Source: an uncultured Candidatus Saccharibacteria bacterium (GTDB taxonomy: Bacteria > Patescibacteriota > Minisyncoccia > Phycocordibacterales > UBA918). Taken from it: a stretch of DNA of 64,000 nucleotides. Under the pieces are notes generated by a model, which saw only the letters and a program-made list of their open reading frames with translations, did no database searches and was not told the DNA's origin. Position numbers and translations under genes: made by a program. Positions within the stretch are counted from its first letter, which is position 1; every line of letters starts with the position of its first letter. Where the stretch lies: positions 499 through 64,498 of the forward strand of contig CAZTWW010000001.1 of NCBI GenBank assembly GCA_964618165.1. Reading direction: 5' to 3'. This document shows positions 29,801-37,776 of this stretch, in pieces.

Positions 29801-32800
29801 GTGCTGCTACATCTGTTGCATCCACCTACCGTCTTGAGTTTGGTCCACGGGTAACAACGTGTGATGCAGTGAGTGTCTGGACACCGGTCGGTGATGCGGC
29901 TGATGACTGGAATATGTTTGATTCGCCAGCGCTCATTAATGGTGCAAACACGACAAATATCGCTGTCGCTACTGGTGGAGTTACTGATCCAAATCCCACA
30001 TTCATTGTTGCTAATTCCGGTGTTCGTGACACTACTTCCACATCGTCGAGTCTCACTATCAGTACGACCGAATTTGCTGAGCTTGATTTTAGTATTACCT
30101 CGACGAATATCACCGCCTTTAATACAACCTATTGTTTCCGACTCACGGCTGAGGGTCGTCCGCTTCAGACCTATACACAGTATGCGCAACTCACGACCGC
30201 ACCGAAGCGTGACTACAAAGTGCAACGGGGTGTGACGGTGGTCGCGGGTCTGACGCAGACACTTACGGCTGGTGTTGATTACACTGCACCGAGTGCGTCA
30301 TCAACCGCATTTGTGCGCATTACTGATACGCATCATACCCCGCCAGGACGCACCACTGCTGGTGGTGGTGCACAAAACGCTGACGACTACACGGCCTACA
30401 TCAGTAATCCAACGAATATCACCACAAGCTTCACTATCTCGCGCCCACCAGCAGCGACGGGTAACACTCGCGTGACCTGGGAAATAGTCGAGTTTATTGG
30501 TGATGCTGGTACGGATAACGAAATGATTGTTCGCGGTGGTGGTGCAGTGAACTTTGCCTCCGCATCGACGAGTGCAACTGGTACGACAGTCTCTGGTATA
30601 GCCGATGATGCTGATGTGGTCGTCTATATCACTGGAATAGAGAACCGCGATATCGCGCGCAACCTCTTTTATGCACAGCAAGTGACCGCTGAGTGGGATG
30701 CGACAAATGATAGACCAATCTTTCGTCGTGGAGCCGGTGGAGCGATTATTAATGTTAGCTATGCGGTGGTTGAGTACACGGGTATAAACTGGCGCGTGCA
30801 ACGGGTCGAGCATACGTATGCCTCATCGACTGTAGTAGAGACAAAGCCAATCGATCCAGTAAATAGCTTAGCTCGTACCTTTATTCATACCCAAAAGCGC
30901 ATGGGGGCACTTGGTAACGTCAACAACTTTGGTCACGAGGTCTGGTTATCGAGTATAGGACAAGTGTCGTTCAATCTTGAACCAGCAGCTACTACTCCAA
31001 CTGGCCATGTATCGGTAGCGTGGGTAATTGAGAACCAACAAACGAGTGCTGGTGCCATGAAAGTGCAGCGTACCAATGGTACGACAAACGCGGGCACTGA
31101 GCCGGTAACACTAAGTATTTCACTCTTTACTCCGATTGAGTCAACTAATAATGCATCTATCTTCGGTATGTCGCGAGTAGTTGGTGCGAACACTAACTTC
31201 CCGCTTGTAAATGCTGGTCTTCGTATTACCGGCACCTCTACGTTTGAACTGTGGCGTAGTGAGGCTTCCGCTGAAATGACCTACCGAACAGAGGTGGTCG
31301 AGTGGCCAGTGAGTGGGCTTGCAGTGCGCCAAAACTACTATCGTTTTTATGTTGATAATAATGCACTAACGCCAGCTGATCCATGGCCACCTGGTCCTGT
31401 TGATGTTGGTGAAAATAGTCCGATTACGGCACTTGATGAACCACTTGGCGAGAGTGAGGTTGTGCGCCTCCGAATGTCACTACGAGTAGCTAACGCTATT
31501 TTGCCTGCTGGTCTTTATGATTTTAAACTACAATACGGCCTCCGAGTGACGTCTTGTAGTAGTGTCGGGACCTGGACTGACCTTGGTGCAGCCGGTGGTT
31601 CTGGTGCATGGCGCGGCTACGCTGCTACTGGCACTACCGATGGCACAGCACTCAGTATTAATCCACCTGATAGTGGCGACTTGCTCATTTCTGTCTCAGA
31701 TAGAGCTGGTAGTCTTGAGGAAGAGAATCAAAGTCCAGCTAACCCATATTTGGTTAACCCAGGAGAGGACCTCGAGTATGACTGGTATGTGCAACATAAC
31801 GGAGCGCTTTCTCGTAATACATACTGTTTCCGCATGGTTCGTAGTGATGGAACTCCACTCGATGGCTACCTCAACTATCCGCAGCTTCGTACTGCTGGGT
31901 ACGCACCTCAAACTAAAAATTGGCGCTTTTACGAAGATGCAGAACTTGAGACACCACTTTCACCACTATCTAGTGAAAATATCTCACCAATTGAAATTCA
32001 AAATCAAAACGTGATTGCACTTCGTGTGACGGTCGGTGAACGCAAGAATGTAACTGGGCAGAATGTGAAGTTCCGATTGCAATACGATGAAGATCCGAAC
32101 TTCACCAATCCAAAAGAGTTAGCAGCTACCTCGACCTGTACTGCTACCTCCACCTGGTGTTATGCCGATGGTGGTGGGGTAGATAATGCGACGATTACCA
32201 CTAAGGTGCTCTCAGACGCCGATTCATGCACAGCATCAGTTGGTAATGGCTGTGGTACGCACAATGAGAGTCCAACGTTTGTTCCAGGCTTTACCCATCA
32301 GCCAAGTGCCAATAAAGAGTTTGCCTTTTATATCCGTCATGCGGCTGCTCGTGCTGGTGCGGTCTACTACTTTAGACTGTATGAAGTGTTTGAAGACGTC
32401 CCTGTCCCGGTCGCGAGTGGGGAAGTTACACCAAGTCTCGTGGCAGAGACAGCTAAGCTCACACTTACGATTAATGGGCTTCCAAGTGGTACCACGACCG
32501 CAGGTATTACGACTACTGCTTCCTCAACGCCATCAACGGTGGCATTTGGCTCACTGCCGCTCAATACCGATGTGTATGCAGCGCATCGGATTGCGGTGAC
32601 GACGAATGCCACGGAGGGCTATCGGGTATTAGCATTTGCTCGGCAACAGCTCCTTAATGTGTATGGTACAGCGATTCCATCGGTGACCGGTACTAATGCG
32701 GTACCAACTGCGTGGTCGGTCGGTTGTAGTTTGAGCGCGTCTGGTTGTGTTGGGTACCACGCAACTGATGCTGTCCTTTCTGGCGGCTCAACCCGCTTTG

Positions 32801-32970
32801 CGGCACTTGATACGTATGCCGGACTTCATACGACACCGGCTGAAGTCATGTACAACCCTATACCAGCGAATGATGTTCATGATATTGTATATCGAGTTCG
32901 CGTTGGATCGACCCAGCCGGCAGGTAATTACGAAACCGAAATCGTCTATATTGCTATCCCTACCTACTAG
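26827..32970 (+). CDS. Giant surface protein (about 2,048 aa) with N-terminal BNR/Asp-box-like beta-propeller, repeated modules of about 170 aa shared with the 3,412-aa protein, and the WxL-like C-terminal domain
   Basis: GGAGG sits 6 nt before the ATG at 26827 (the ORF track lists 26812). Signal anchor VALLLLVVTFGLNL. BNR-like motifs S.T.NGAVSW and FSSGSWTG. The module motifs 'YHWRN[DN][DN]G...RLRL..SNEG...YRLE[YF]...C....W..VG...W......T.....TNIAVATGG........ELE[YF]SI......YCFR' occur at least twice in full, plus two more divergent copies. C-terminus ...NYETEIVYIAIPTY. Confidence 0.85.
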   Translation: MSFFCDCRRPVALLLLVVTFGLNLTILEYVTWPQFAEAAVVTVDATVSLDANAFFFGGSQTVFVSDQVGYKFYPDSTGQCVYSKTTNGAVSWNTPVIVDAQTDCASISVWYDQWTPNDYGTYIHIATMDTAAATDRLYYNRLDTTNDSLLLGTTPVVTSSNSGQGGTFVSGTNSVTVTKSTSNEVFMAVSDATDSFVVRCSTNCNLTTGWTEAGTAFMDLDNDWNILMPVSSGGVLLINRDISLDDIRSRFWNGSSWSVSWTNVDTNAVENATYDVSMAAVIDHTNGDIYLAYGADHDNYTTLDHDIRTAKFSSGSWTGTTAVFTNRALRGLHTVAIALDTNTSTVYVAYILRTTPGTATTGNVYWATSTSAMSAWSAERGPVNITAGDLRGLDLNLMSDERIYVTWQDPAPDDIFGETLADIAPITKLTASGTPSTTIVASTSNAYVGGKFVIRESVTSRNLTDILFTERGTIAADTALANVRLRYDLDTTAPYDCASESYAGTEPQYGLTDTDGFSSTNGTVSFAGLVNISPTQAFCGYVVLDVLDSALDGDTLAISVETPNTHVLVTGGVLVSPAGPVRFATSTLIQNDELTQTSYHWRNDNGTEAAATSATGGIANTPIAAILPNVPRRLRLQVSNEGSLTSPATAFRLEYAEATPTCDGATGWTDVGATNDAWNMSLSANLTEGANTTNIAVATGGVADENTTFLTPNGGVRESSSQTGSLTLLNTNFVELEYSIVASTSASEGSTYCFRVTNAGTPLPVYTQYPAATIAADVSVSASGTQATSLVIPSTVQHVGGQFVLRENTSNRNITSIMITENGTVDGAVGLDNIQLRYDLDTTAPQNCASETYAGTEAQFGVTDTDGFSGANGTSTFTGTLAVSTTSTVCLYVVFDVTGLAVNGETVQIEINSPANDVQVSTGSVSPSTPIALAGTTTLAGAVMTQTGYHWRNNDGGEATSTSATVGTENTILTEHLANSPIRLRLALSNEGAATSVASTYRLEFGPRVTTCDAVSVWTPVGDAADDWNMFDSPALINGANTTNIAVATGGVTDPNPTFIVANSGVRDTTSTSSSLTISTTEFAELDFSITSTNITAFNTTYCFRLTAEGRPLQTYTQYAQLTTAPKRDYKVQRGVTVVAGLTQTLTAGVDYTAPSASSTAFVRITDTHHTPPGRTTAGGGAQNADDYTAYISNPTNITTSFTISRPPAATGNTRVTWEIVEFIGDAGTDNEMIVRGGGAVNFASASTSATGTTVSGIADDADVVVYITGIENRDIARNLFYAQQVTAEWDATNDRPIFRRGAGGAIINVSYAVVEYTGINWRVQRVEHTYASSTVVETKPIDPVNSLARTFIHTQKRMGALGNVNNFGHEVWLSSIGQVSFNLEPAATTPTGHVSVAWVIENQQTSAGAMKVQRTNGTTNAGTEPVTLSISLFTPIESTNNASIFGMSRVVGANTNFPLVNAGLRITGTSTFELWRSEASAEMTYRTEVVEWPVSGLAVRQNYYRFYVDNNALTPADPWPPGPVDVGENSPITALDEPLGESEVVRLRMSLRVANAILPAGLYDFKLQYGLRVTSCSSVGTWTDLGAAGGSGAWRGYAATGTTDGTALSINPPDSGDLLISVSDRAGSLEEENQSPANPYLVNPGEDLEYDWYVQHNGALSRNTYCFRMVRSDGTPLDGYLNYPQLRTAGYAPQTKNWRFYEDAELETPLSPLSSENISPIEIQNQNVIALRVTVGERKNVTGQNVKFRLQYDEDPNFTNPKELAATSTCTATSTWCYADGGGVDNATITTKVLSDADSCTASVGNGCGTHNESPTFVPGFTHQPSANKEFAFYIRHAAARAGAVYYFRLYEVFEDVPVPVASGEVTPSLVAETAKLTLTINGLPSGTTTAGITTTASSTPSTVAFGSLPLNTDVYAAHRIAVTTNATEGYRVLAFARQQLLNVYGTAIPSVTGTNAVPTAWSVGCSLSASGCVGYHATDAVLSGGSTRFAALDTYAGLHTTPAEVMYNPIPANDVHDIVYRVRVGSTQPAGNYETEIVYIAIPTY

Positions 32971-32971
32971 T

Positions 32972-33958
32972 ATGAAAGCACTACTCATCTGTCTCGCACT
33001 ATTTATTACCGTACCGCAGTTTGTATTGGCAAACAGTTATAGTGTGACACCGCTTGTGATAGAGCGCGATGTGTCAGCGCGAGACATGCTCGAGGAGACC
33101 ATTAAGGTGACCAATACTGGCACGGTACCGGTGAAGATATTTCCGTCGGTCAATGCCATTACGCTTGGTGAAGATGGTTCGATTGAGGAGTTTATTGCGC
33201 CGGTTATGACCGATCAGACGACAAATGTTGCAAGTTGGCTCGCTATCTCTCGCGCTCGGATAGAGCTTGCTCCCGGTGAAACGAAGCGTATCCCACTTTC
33301 AATTACCATCAATCCCCAGGCAGTTCCGGGTGAGTACTATGCGCTTATTGGGTTTGGGAGTGGCGATAAGCGTGATGAAGCAGAGGCTGCAGTCATGGCA
33401 GGTCGCGCACCTGGTGTGACGGTCCGTCTCGCGATAGCTGATAAGAAAAACGAATACCTTCGACTGCATTCATTTGTGGTCGACCGCTTTGTCACCAATC
33501 CAGCTGAGAGCCTCGTGCGCTACGAGCTTGAAAATATCGGGGACACCCCAATATCACCAAAAGGTGAGATTATTATTTACGATGTGCGTGGTAAGGAGGT
33601 TGGAGCAGTATCCGTAAATGATGCTGGTGAAGTACTCGAGCCGAGTACTCGTCGAGAGTTTTCAGCAACACTACCCGCTACCGGTATTTATGGTCGTCAC
33701 AAAGCTTTTCTTAATCTTGAGTATGGTAGTACCCAGCGAGCAAATTTGTACGACACTACCTTTTTTACCGTAGTACCGATTCTTTATATTATGATTGCCT
33801 TTGGGGTGCTCCTCTTAACCACCCTTATACTCACGCTTTTGTATATCTTTAAGCAGCGTCGACACCATCATGTCGATGATGAGTCAGTCGCAATGTATAT
33901 CCGCGATGGGGTTCATAGTGATCTAAAAGACCATGACATCAATCTTAAACACAATTAA
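32972..33958 (+). CDS. DUF916-like cell-surface protein (328 aa), paralog 2, with C-terminal TM anchor and His/Arg-rich tail
   Basis: The ATG at 32972 lies 2 nt after the stop of the giant gene. The ORF track's alternative start at 32747 would overlap 226 bp, so I rejected it. Signal peptide ALLICLALFITVPQFVLA. The motif 'APGETKRIPLSITINPQAVPGEYYALIGF' is paralogous to 'PPQQTATIPLQVNVPDNAAPGGHYAAVLIG' in the next gene. C-terminal TM helix FGVLLLTTLILTLLYIF followed by KQRRHHH. Confidence 0.7.
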   Translation: MKALLICLALFITVPQFVLANSYSVTPLVIERDVSARDMLEETIKVTNTGTVPVKIFPSVNAITLGEDGSIEEFIAPVMTDQTTNVASWLAISRARIELAPGETKRIPLSITINPQAVPGEYYALIGFGSGDKRDEAEAAVMAGRAPGVTVRLAIADKKNEYLRLHSFVVDRFVTNPAESLVRYELENIGDTPISPKGEIIIYDVRGKEVGAVSVNDAGEVLEPSTRREFSATLPATGIYGRHKAFLNLEYGSTQRANLYDTTFFTVVPILYIMIAFGVLLLTTLILTLLYIFKQRRHHHVDDESVAMYIRDGVHSDLKDHDINLKHN

Positions 33959-35564
33959 ATACTCGTTAGTCGCTATTTGTATAGGGATACCGTTTTACAC
34001 GCTTGCGCAACAACCAGACACGCAAACACTCACGGTGTCACCAACACTGTTTGAAATGCGGGCCGAGCCAGGTCAGGCCTGGACGAGTGAGCTCCGCGTC
34101 ATTAATGCCAATAATTATGAAATTACGGTATACCCAGAGCCGGTAAACTTCGCACCACTTGGTGAAGATGGTCGAGGTGACCTCATCCCTATCATGAGTG
34201 AAGAAACTGGCGGTCAAACGCTTGCTGAGTGGATCACGGTACCTGTCGAACCGGTTGTAATCCCACCGCAACAAACGGCCACCATACCGCTTCAGGTGAA
34301 TGTGCCGGATAACGCTGCTCCTGGTGGACACTACGCCGCCGTCCTTATCGGTACAAAGCCTCCAACAGAGGGTCGGCAAGCATCACAGGTTCAGACTGCA
34401 CAGTATGTAACCTCACTATTCTTTGTTCGTGTTGCGGGAGATGTGCGTGAGGTGGCTGATATTCGTGAGTTTACAACTGAGCCCTCGGTTGTCCAACGTC
34501 CTGAGGTGACACTCTCGCTTCGGTTTGAAAACACGGGTAATGTCCACGTACAACCCCAGGGAGATATTAAGATTTTAAATATGTGGGGACAGGAGCGAGG
34601 TCTTATTCCAATCAATCATCAAACCCACTTCGGTAATGTCCTACCTGATAGTGTTCGAAAATTTACATTCACCTGGAAAGGGGATACAGCACTTTATGAT
34701 ATTGGTCGTTACAAAGCGGTGGCAACACTGGGGTATGGCGTTGAAGGCAAGCAATTTGTGACGAGTACGACATACTTTTGGATTATTCCGTACACGACAA
34801 TTTTCCTCACGATTATTCTTGTGGTGGCAGTTATTAAAATCGGTGCGTGGCTCATTCGTCGATACATCGAGCGCATGCTTGCCCTCTCAGGAGTTTCTCC
34901 AGACACACGTCCATATGTACCACAACATATGCGTACTGGTACACTAGATTCGAAGACTGTTGTCATGCGTGGCAATTCTTATCAACGAGCAACGGCACCG
35001 GTGCGTGCGGGTTTCCTTGATATCCTGAAATCATGGCAAGCGGGAACTACCGTTAAGATGCGCCTCAAGTCACTCTTCCGTACGCTTCGTCATTACGCGA
35101 AGCTAATAGGAGCCTTCATCGTTGTGCTGCTAGCCTTTGTGGCAATTACCTATGTCATCGCGAGTATTATGAAAGAAGACACGCACTTTGAAGTTGCTAT
35201 CAATAGTCCTGGAGCCGACGTGGTTATGTCATCTGAAGAAATCTCATACAACGAGTTAAAGCTAGACGAAACATTCCCAGAAGAAAAAATAGCCACACCA
35301 CCAATTACCGTTGTAAACGCGAGCGGCAAGGTGGGTGCTGGTGCTCGTACGCAGATCGCTCTTGAGAAGGCTGGCTATAGCGTCTACGATCTTGATACTG
35401 ATGAGAGTCGCCAAGATGAGCGCACGATAATCGTGTACTCTGCTAAGGATCAAGAACTGGCACTGACGCTTAGCCGTCTCCTGACTGGAGCACTCCTCTC
35501 GGCACGTGAAGGTGAGGAGAATAGTATTATCATCTATGCTGGGAGCGACAGCCTCTCACGCTAG
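33933..35564 (+). CDS. DUF916-like protein (543 aa), paralog 3, with two TM helices and a C-terminal LytR_C-like domain
   Basis: Overlaps the previous gene by 26 nt. Signal peptide LVAICIGIPFYTLA. DUF916-like ectodomain. TM1 IIPYTTIFLTIILVVAVIKIGAWLI. TM2 LIGAFIVVLLAFVAITYVIASI. C-terminal segment VVNASGKVGAGARTQIALEKAGYSVYDL...TIIVYSAKDQELALTLSRLL, which resembles the LytR_C domain of LCP proteins. Confidence 0.7.
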   Translation: MTSILNTIKYSLVAICIGIPFYTLAQQPDTQTLTVSPTLFEMRAEPGQAWTSELRVINANNYEITVYPEPVNFAPLGEDGRGDLIPIMSEETGGQTLAEWITVPVEPVVIPPQQTATIPLQVNVPDNAAPGGHYAAVLIGTKPPTEGRQASQVQTAQYVTSLFFVRVAGDVREVADIREFTTEPSVVQRPEVTLSLRFENTGNVHVQPQGDIKILNMWGQERGLIPINHQTHFGNVLPDSVRKFTFTWKGDTALYDIGRYKAVATLGYGVEGKQFVTSTTYFWIIPYTTIFLTIILVVAVIKIGAWLIRRYIERMLALSGVSPDTRPYVPQHMRTGTLDSKTVVMRGNSYQRATAPVRAGFLDILKSWQAGTTVKMRLKSLFRTLRHYAKLIGAFIVVLLAFVAITYVIASIMKEDTHFEVAINSPGADVVMSSEEISYNELKLDETFPEEKIATPPITVVNASGKVGAGARTQIALEKAGYSVYDLDTDESRQDERTIIVYSAKDQELALTLSRLLTGALLSAREGEENSIIIYAGSDSLSR

Positions 35565-35606
35565 GTGTATACTTAGGGTACCTTTATTTGGTAATCACAA
35601 AAACCT

Positions 35607-36080
35607 ATGCGTCAAAGAGAAATTATCTTAGTCTGCGGTTTACTCGGAGCAATCGTACTCGGGATGTTTACCTACACCTACCTAGCCAAGCAGCAGCCAG
35701 CCCCAGTTGTGTCTGAGCCGGTCGCCGAAACTCCTACCCCAAGCCCACTTATTTCTCGAATCGAAGCCAAGCACTTCTATCGTGATGGTGTTCATACTAT
35801 AGTAGGCGAAGTCATGATGCCGACACCGTGTGATCTGTTGACCTACGAGTCACGGGTAGCTGAATCGCTCCCGGAGCAAGTCACCTTCCAGTTTGACGTC
35901 ATTAACAACAGTGAGATGTGTGCCCAGGTGATGACACCGCAGCGCTTTATGGTGAGTGCTACTGCGAGTGAGGCAGCAAATCTCTCCGCCACCTTTGCAG
36001 GGACTCAAATTGAGCTCAATTTGGTTGAAGCTGCACCGAATGAGACACTCGAGGATTTCGAGCTCTACTTTAAGGGATAG
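35607..36080 (+). CDS. Membrane-anchored hypothetical protein (157 aa)
   Basis: N-terminal TM helix ILVCGLLGAIVLGMFTYTYL. No recognisable motif. Confidence 0.65.
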   Translation: MRQREIILVCGLLGAIVLGMFTYTYLAKQQPAPVVSEPVAETPTPSPLISRIEAKHFYRDGVHTIVGEVMMPTPCDLLTYESRVAESLPEQVTFQFDVINNSEMCAQVMTPQRFMVSATASEAANLSATFAGTQIELNLVEAAPNETLEDFELYFKG

Positions 36081-36086
36081 ATTGTC

Positions 36087-36653
36087 ATGGATGCTCGATC
36101 GTACAAACGCACCACCATCATTTTTCTCGTTGTCATGGCAGCGGTGATTCTGGCTGCGGCATGGTTTACCTATGACACGGTCACTGAGCGTCAGGATATA
36201 GCCAGTGATGCCGGACTCGCGTTTATTGGTGAAGAAAACAATCCAAATCGTTATACCAGTATTACCGGTGCACCAGTCTCAATATCAGAAGCAGTTGGGA
36301 GCCAAAAGCTCTACGTCAATTCGTGGGCTAGCTGGAGTCCGTTAAGTCGAGACGAACTGATTGCACTTAATGAAATTGCTGGTGAGTACAAAGACCGAGG
36401 AGTCACGTTTATTGCCCTAAACCGTAAAGAACCAAAAGAACAGGCAGAACGCTATCTCACCACCTTACCACCGCTTGATAACCTCCAGATTGTGATTGAC
36501 ACGGAAGATCACTTCTATAGTCGCTCAGGTGGCTATGCCATGCCAGAGACAATTACCTATAACGAAGATGGCACTCTCGTGCGTCATGAACGTAACCCAC
36601 AAACCAAAGAGCAAATGCGGATTCTCATTGATGAGCTCTTAGCTGCTGAGTAA
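36087..36653 (+). CDS. Thioredoxin-fold TlpA/ResA-like protein lacking the CxxC motif (188 aa)
   Basis: N-terminal TM helix. The segment 'KLYVNSWASWSPLSRDELIALNEIAGEYKDRGVTFIALN' matches the TlpA/AhpC-TSA family pattern 'W..WC.PC', but the CxxC is replaced by S-W-S-P. Confidence 0.6.
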   Translation: MDARSYKRTTIIFLVVMAAVILAAAWFTYDTVTERQDIASDAGLAFIGEENNPNRYTSITGAPVSISEAVGSQKLYVNSWASWSPLSRDELIALNEIAGEYKDRGVTFIALNRKEPKEQAERYLTTLPPLDNLQIVIDTEDHFYSRSGGYAMPETITYNEDGTLVRHERNPQTKEQMRILIDELLAAE

Positions 36654-36702
36654 GTTGTACACGGTATCAGAACAACTTTGTCACACATTACGGTGGCTTT
36701 TC

Positions 36703-36711
36703 TGGTATAGT
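36703..36711 (+). promoter_or_regulatory. Extended -10 element TGGTATAGT 8 nt upstream of the AI-2E transporter ATG
   Basis: A TGnTATAnT-type motif. The short distance to the start codon implies a leaderless or near-leaderless mRNA. Confidence 0.4.
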
Positions 36712-36719
36712 TTTGCTAT

Positions 36720-37775
36720 ATGGCTCGAGGGAGAATTATCGAGTATACCTTTTTCTTTAGTACGCTGGCGCTCGTTGGTTATATTGCGTGGCAAATATTT
36801 TTTCCGTTTCTGACGGCACTTGCCCTATCTGCGATAACCGTCATTATCTGTTATCCAATGTACCGCTTTATCTTGCGGTTCATTACGAGACAGAATCGAA
36901 CCCTGGCGGCACTGCTGGCTACCTTGGTAGTGTTTTGTGCAGTGGTGACTCCGGTCTCACTTGTTTCCACCCTCCTCGTAAACGAATTTGTTTCCTTTTA
37001 TCGCTCACTAGAGTCGACTGGTCAGCTTCCAATCGATACGATGATGACCGGTGTTGAAACAACCATCCAAACCTACATACCAACTTTTGATCTTAATCTC
37101 TCGGCCCAGATCCGTGAGAGTGTCTCGTGGTTTGCAGGCAATCTCGGTACTATCTTCGCCGGTACACTATCTGTTGTATTCACGTTCCTGATTGCTATGC
37201 TCGGATCATTCTATCTCTTCAAAGACGGTGAACGACTCGTTGCGTGGATGGTATCAGTTAGTCCACTGAAGGATACGGAAGACAAGGTTATTATGGATAG
37301 AATTGCTCGTTCTATTCGCTCGGTGGCGACTGGCACCGTGCTCGTCGCTATCCTCCAGGGTGTTGCAGCAGCCCTTGGTTTTTCTATCTTTGGTATCGAT
37401 AGACCTATCCTCTGGGGTACGATTGGTGCGCTCGGTGCACTCCTTCCTGGCTTTGGTACAGCAACGATTATGGTGCCAGCGGTTGGTTACCTTATCTACA
37501 TTGGAGAGTTTGGACCGGCAGTAGGTCTGGCTGTCTGGGGTATTGCGACGATGGTCATTGTCGACAACTTTATCAGTCCGTATCTCATGAGTCGAGGTAA
37601 TAATCTCCATCCGTTTGTAGTACTCCTCTCAGTACTTGGTGGTATTTCACTGTTTGGACCAATTGGCTTTATTATTGGTCCGGTGATGGTGAGTCTCTTT
37701 ATGGTACTCTTAGAGCTCTACAGTCTCTATGTGTCTGATGATAGATTGACCCCAACACGTAAAGCAAAGCGCTAA
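36720..37775 (+). CDS. AI-2E family transporter (PerM/UPF0118-like permease), 351 aa
   Basis: Eight predicted TM segments. Conserved region 'IFGIDRPILWGTIGALGALLPGFGTATIMVPAVGYL' is typical of the AI-2E/PerM family. Confidence 0.8.
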   Translation: MARGRIIEYTFFFSTLALVGYIAWQIFFPFLTALALSAITVIICYPMYRFILRFITRQNRTLAALLATLVVFCAVVTPVSLVSTLLVNEFVSFYRSLESTGQLPIDTMMTGVETTIQTYIPTFDLNLSAQIRESVSWFAGNLGTIFAGTLSVVFTFLIAMLGSFYLFKDGERLVAWMVSVSPLKDTEDKVIMDRIARSIRSVATGTVLVAILQGVAAALGFSIFGIDRPILWGTIGALGALLPGFGTATIMVPAVGYLIYIGEFGPAVGLAVWGIATMVIVDNFISPYLMSRGNNLHPFVVLLSVLGGISLFGPIGFIIGPVMVSLFMVLLELYSLYVSDDRLTPTRKAKR

Positions 37776-37776
37776 T

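Noticed and set aside
32747-32971. Upstream alternative start (32747) for the DUF916-like gene, overlapping the giant gene by 226 bp
   Set aside because: The in-frame ATG at 32972 lies 2 nt after the giant gene's stop and begins a canonical signal peptide (MKALLICLALF...). The upstream extension has a non-protein-like composition.
1-35564. Sortase LPxTG anchoring motifs in the surface proteins
   Set aside because: I scanned the C-termini of all large secreted proteins. None ends with LPxTG/NPQTN followed by a hydrophobic and basic tail. Instead the proteins end in the shared WxL-like domain or in TM anchors.
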